The notes beneath the pieces are model-generated. The model did no database searches and had not been told where the DNA came from. It saw nothing but the letters and a program-made list of their open reading frames with translations. From Pseudoalteromonas tetraodonis (GTDB lineage: Bacteria > Pseudomonadota > Gammaproteobacteria > Enterobacterales > Alteromonadaceae): a stretch of 32,000 bases of DNA. The stretch covers positions 180,001 through 212,000 of the forward strand of contig NZ_CP011042.1 in assembly GCF_002310835.1 (NCBI RefSeq), in the 5' to 3' direction. Below, piece after piece: positions 28,716 to 32,000 of the stretch (position 1 is the stretch's first letter; every line of letters begins with the position of its first letter). The translations under genes were made by a program, and so were the position numbers.

Positions 28716-29026
28716 CTTAAATCTGCTACTCTTCATTTATTAGCGCAGAAGAGAAATTTTGATGATCTTGATCAAGGTTTCTCTTTTGCCCCCTCATTAT
28801 ACTTGCGCGCTTTATTATCCTTAATACCAATTCGCTTAATTAAGTGGTCTATTTTGAGGCTGGAAAAACGTGTTGATAGCTAGGCAAAAAAATTGCTATT
28901 TAGTTGTTCTCGGCAATTGCTCCTGCATTGCTCTACCTTCTGCATCCATGCAGTCGTAAATGAGATTTTTTTAACGAAGGTAGCGACACGTTTAGCCCCG
29001 AAAAATGATTAAGTATTATTGCGGGT

Positions 29027-29035
29027 TGGTATAAT
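29027..29035 (+). promoter_or_regulatory. Extended -10 promoter element (TGgTATAAT) upstream of trhP
   Basis: TGGTATAAT lies 46 nt upstream of the ATG at 29081. I see no convincing -35 hexamer. Confidence 0.35.
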
Positions 29036-29080
29036 TATTCATGCAACCGACTTGAACTCGGTTCGATGTATGGAGCGCAC

Positions 29081-30469
29081 ATGTCAGCTGTTTCTTCCTC
29101 AATCCCGTTTATTCCTGAACTACTTTGCCCTGCAGGCAGCTTAAAAAACATGCGTTATGCCTTTGCCTATGGTGCCGACGCGGTTTATGCCGGTCAACCT
29201 CGTTACAGTTTAAGGGTTCGCAATAATGAATTCGATTTAGATACATTACAAATAGGGATTAACGAAGCACATGCGCTAAATAAAAAGTTTTATGTAGTGT
29301 CTAATATTGCCCCACACAATGCGAAAGTAAAATCGTATTTACGTGATATAGAACCTGTTATTGCCATGAAACCCGATGCGTTGATCATGTCAGATCCTGG
29401 GTTAATTATGTTAGTGCGTGAAAAATGGCCCGATATGCCAATTCATTTGTCGGTTCAAGCCAATGCAGTGAACTACGCAAGCGTACAGTTTTGGGCCAAG
29501 CAAGGTATTGAGCGGGTGATTTTGTCTCGCGAGCTATCGCTTGAAGAAATCAGCGAAATACGCACACTGTGCCCAGAAACAGAACTAGAAGTATTTGTTC
29601 ATGGCGCGCTGTGTATGGCTTATTCAGGGCGTTGTTTACTCTCAGGCTATATTAATAAGCGCGATCCTAACCAAGGCACCTGCACTAATGCGTGTCGTTG
29701 GGAGTACGATGTTAAACCCGGCACTGAGAACGAAACCGGCGAAATGGTACATAAAATTGACCCTAAAACGGTTATACCTACGTTAGGTGAAGGCGCGCCA
29801 AGTAACGATGTATTTATGCTAGAAGAGCAAGGTCGCCCGGGTGAATATATGCCTGCATTTGAAGACGAGCACGGTACTTATATCATGAACTCAAAAGACT
29901 TACGCGCCGTGCAATACGTAGAGCAGCTAACAAAAATGGGGGTGCATAGCCTTAAAATAGAAGGGCGCACTAAGTCATTTTATTATGTTGCGCGTACCGC
30001 TCAGGTGTATCGCAAAGCGATTGACGATGCGGTTGCAGGTAAACCATTCGATGCAGACTTATTTAAAACTCTTGAGAACCTTGCTCACCGCGGTTATACC
30101 GAAGGTTTTTTAAAACGCCACGCCCATCAAGATTATCAAAATTACGAATATGGCCATTCAGTTTCTACCAAGCAGCAATTTGTCGGCGAAGTACTAGGGC
30201 GTAATGCCACTGGTTTGGTTGAAATAGATGTAAAAAATAAATTTTGTGTTGGCCATTCATTAGAGCTAATGACGCCAAAAGGTAATATTAGCTTTGTGCT
30301 TGAACGTATGGAAAACAAAAAAGGCGAAAGCATTACTGATGCCAAAGGTTCAGGCCATATCGTAAAAATTCCACTGCCTGACAACATCGATTTAGAGCAC
30401 GCCATACTGATGCGCAATTTGGATGAAAACCAAGACACCCGCAACCCTTTCAAACAAGCTGTTTCATAA
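29081..30469 (+). CDS. trhP: Peptidase-U32-family tRNA uridine(34) hydroxylase TrhP (YegQ)
   Basis: It is very close to E. coli YegQ over long stretches (PELL.PAG.LKNMRYAFAYGADAVYAGQPRYSLRVRNNEF, FVHGALCMAYSGRCLLSGYINKRDPNQGTCTNACRWEY). A GGAG SD lies 7 nt before the ATG at 29081, and the track start at 29066 is less likely. Confidence 0.92.
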   Translation: MSAVSSSIPFIPELLCPAGSLKNMRYAFAYGADAVYAGQPRYSLRVRNNEFDLDTLQIGINEAHALNKKFYVVSNIAPHNAKVKSYLRDIEPVIAMKPDALIMSDPGLIMLVREKWPDMPIHLSVQANAVNYASVQFWAKQGIERVILSRELSLEEISEIRTLCPETELEVFVHGALCMAYSGRCLLSGYINKRDPNQGTCTNACRWEYDVKPGTENETGEMVHKIDPKTVIPTLGEGAPSNDVFMLEEQGRPGEYMPAFEDEHGTYIMNSKDLRAVQYVEQLTKMGVHSLKIEGRTKSFYYVARTAQVYRKAIDDAVAGKPFDADLFKTLENLAHRGYTEGFLKRHAHQDYQNYEYGHSVSTKQQFVGEVLGRNATGLVEIDVKNKFCVGHSLELMTPKGNISFVLERMENKKGESITDAKGSGHIVKIPLPDNIDLEHAILMRNLDENQDTRNPFKQAVS

Positions 30470-30483
30470 TAGAGAGTTTAATC

Positions 30484-30729
30484 ATGGCTTTATTAATAAA
30501 CAGCAAATGCATTAACTGTGATATGTGTGACCCCGAGTGCCCAAATGAAGCCATTTATATGGGCGCCAAAATCTACCAAATAGACCCTACAAAATGCACT
30601 GAATGTGTGGGCCACTACGACAAGCCGACCTGCGTGAGCGTATGCCCCATTGACTGCATAAAGCCAGACCCTAATCATCGTGAGAGCTTAGATGAACTGG
30701 CTGAGAAATATGTCAAATTGACGGGGTAG
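30484..30729 (+). CDS. yfhL: YfhL-family 2x[4Fe-4S] ferredoxin
   Basis: 81-aa ORF (MALLINSKCINCDMCDPECPNEAI...CTECVGHYDKPTCVSVCP) matching the YfhL pattern of two Cys clusters. It starts 14 nt after trhP. Confidence 0.92.
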   Translation: MALLINSKCINCDMCDPECPNEAIYMGAKIYQIDPTKCTECVGHYDKPTCVSVCPIDCIKPDPNHRESLDELAEKYVKLTG

Positions 30730-30931
30730 TTTGTTAATTGGTTTTTTATGTTTCATCGGGTTACGAAGCTAAAGTTGCGACACTGTCGCAACAATTAAAC
30801 TGCTCGCATATTGCGTATTGTTATCGATAAAAACCTCCTCATATATTTTATAATTAACACTCAAAAACCCACGACCTTTGCTGTATGATAAGCCAATAAA
30901 TTATATTGATATTCTTGCAAAGAGAGACCAC

Positions 30932-32000
30932 ATGGACGCTGCATCAAAAAAGCCTGCTACAAAAAAAGCCGCAAAAAAAACACAAGTCGGGTTTGAAGAA
31001 TCCCTTTGGGATGCCGCCAATAAACTGCGTGGCAGTGTTGAATCAGCCGAATATAAGCACATTGTTTTAAGCTTAATCTTTCTTAAATTTATTAGTGACA
31101 AGTTTGAAGCGCGTAAAAAAGCCATTATTGCCGAGTACGGCGACGAATACATCGACATGGTCGACTTTTACGCGATGGATAACGTGTTTTACCTACCAGA
31201 AGACGCACGCTGGTCGTACATTCAAGCCAACGCTAAGCAAGGCGATATTGCCGTTAAAATAGATACCGCACTACACGCGGTTGAAAAAAACAATAAATCA
31301 CTCGCAGGCGCATTGCCCGACAACTACTTTTCACGTTTAGGGCTTGATGCCAGTAAGCTTTCAGCGCTTATCGATACCATTAATAATATCGACACCATTG
31401 CCAACCAAAACGAAAAAACAGAAGAAGACTTAGTTGGCCGCGTGTACGAATACTTTTTAGGTAAATTTGCCGCATCTGAAGGCAAAGGCGGGGGCGAGTT
31501 CTACACGCCTAAGTCAATTGTTACCCTAATTGCCGATATGATAGAGCCATTCGAAGGTAAAATTTACGACCCCTGTTGTGGCTCGGGCGGTATGTTTGTG
31601 CAATCGCTTAAGTTTATTAATAGCCATAACGGTAACCAAAAAAACGTGTCTATTTACGGGCAAGAGTACACTAACACCACTTATAAACTGGCTAAAATGA
31701 ACCTTGCCGTGCGCGGTATTTCGGGCAACTTAGGCGATATAGCAGGCGATACCTTTTTTAAAGACCAACACCCCGACCTAAAAGCCGATTACATAATGGC
31801 AAACCCACCGTTTAACCAAAAACAGTGGCGCGCCGATAACGAACTAGTCGACGATGCCCGCTGGGCAGGTTACCCAACACCGCCTACCGGTAATGCCAAT
31901 TATGCGTGGATCATGCATATGATCTCAAAATTGAGCGAGCATGGCACCGCAGGCTTTGTATTGGCTAACGGCTCAATGAGTTCAAACACCAGTGGCGAGG
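30932..32000 (+). CDS. hsdM: Type I restriction-modification system methyltransferase subunit HsdM (3' end beyond the window)
   Basis: The frame is open from the ATG at 30932 to the window end, so the ORF track misses it for lack of a stop. It has the HsdM N-terminal domain (LWDAANKLRGSVESAEYKHIVLSLIFLKFISD), the SAM motif DPCCGSGGMF (~31568-31597) and the catalytic NPPF (~31802-31813). Confidence 0.92.
   Translation, partial: MDAASKKPATKKAAKKTQVGFEESLWDAANKLRGSVESAEYKHIVLSLIFLKFISDKFEARKKAIIAEYGDEYIDMVDFYAMDNVFYLPEDARWSYIQANAKQGDIAVKIDTALHAVEKNNKSLAGALPDNYFSRLGLDASKLSALIDTINNIDTIANQNEKTEEDLVGRVYEYFLGKFAASEGKGGGEFYTPKSIVTLIADMIEPFEGKIYDPCCGSGGMFVQSLKFINSHNGNQKNVSIYGQEYTNTTYKLAKMNLAVRGISGNLGDIAGDTFFKDQHPDLKADYIMANPPFNQKQWRADNELVDDARWAGYPTPPTGNANYAWIMHMISKLSEHGTAGFVLANGSMSSNTSGE

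Noticed and set aside
28729-28753. CTCTTC-N13-GAAGAG hairpin after the MCP stop, as a possible terminator.
   Set aside because: It has only a 6-bp stem, a large loop and a poor T-tract (AAATTTTG). That is not convincing enough to annotate.
28891-28932. Three copies of (A/C)ATTGCT spaced 24 and 11 nt apart in the MCP-trhP spacer, plus the CTGCAT-CC-ATGCAG hairpin at about 28940-28953.
   Set aside because: They are too short and irregular for a CRISPR array or iteron array. They could be chance or a minor regulatory site, and there is no supporting context.

Overview
Chromosomal segment of a gammaproteobacterium. Gene order and AT-rich coding suggest Pseudoalteromonas/Alteromonadales, but that is inference only. 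I found no rRNA, tRNA, CRISPR array or transposase.

Layout:
- 1-16.8 kb, mixed or accessory-type genes: a 5'-truncated sensor with a degenerate GGDEF and an intact EAL domain; a tightly packed minus-strand operon dabB-dabA-(4xCxxC zinc-ribbon ORF)-Sua5-type threonylcarbamoyl-AMP synthase with a divergent NhaR-like LysR regulator; a 651-aa acidic orphan protein; a thioredoxin-like exported protein; a DASH cryptochrome; a small membrane protein whose paralogue is fused to a C-terminal OmpR/ToxR-type winged helix; a DUF885-type HExxH protein; and a double zf-TFIIB-type zinc-ribbon protein.
- 16.8-27.1 kb, conserved housekeeping block, all on the minus strand: der, bamB, yfgM, hisS, ispG, rodZ, pilW, rlmN, ndk.
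- 27.4-32 kb: a soluble PAS-PAS chemoreceptor, trhP(yegQ)-yfhL, and the start of a type I restriction-modification system (hsdM, cut by the window end).

Most unusual observations:
1. A 268-nt element (24011-24278) inside an oversized 619-bp pilW-rodZ spacer. It is bounded by a perfect 18-bp inverted repeat and contains nested helices. It is a candidate structured ncRNA or MITE.
2. An inorganic-carbon pump (DabBA) is operon-linked to a bicarbonate-consuming Sua5/YrdC enzyme and an uncharacterised zinc-ribbon protein.
3. A ToxR-like regulator has reversed domain order and an adjacent stand-alone paralogue of its membrane module.

None of these can be confirmed without database searches or experiments.
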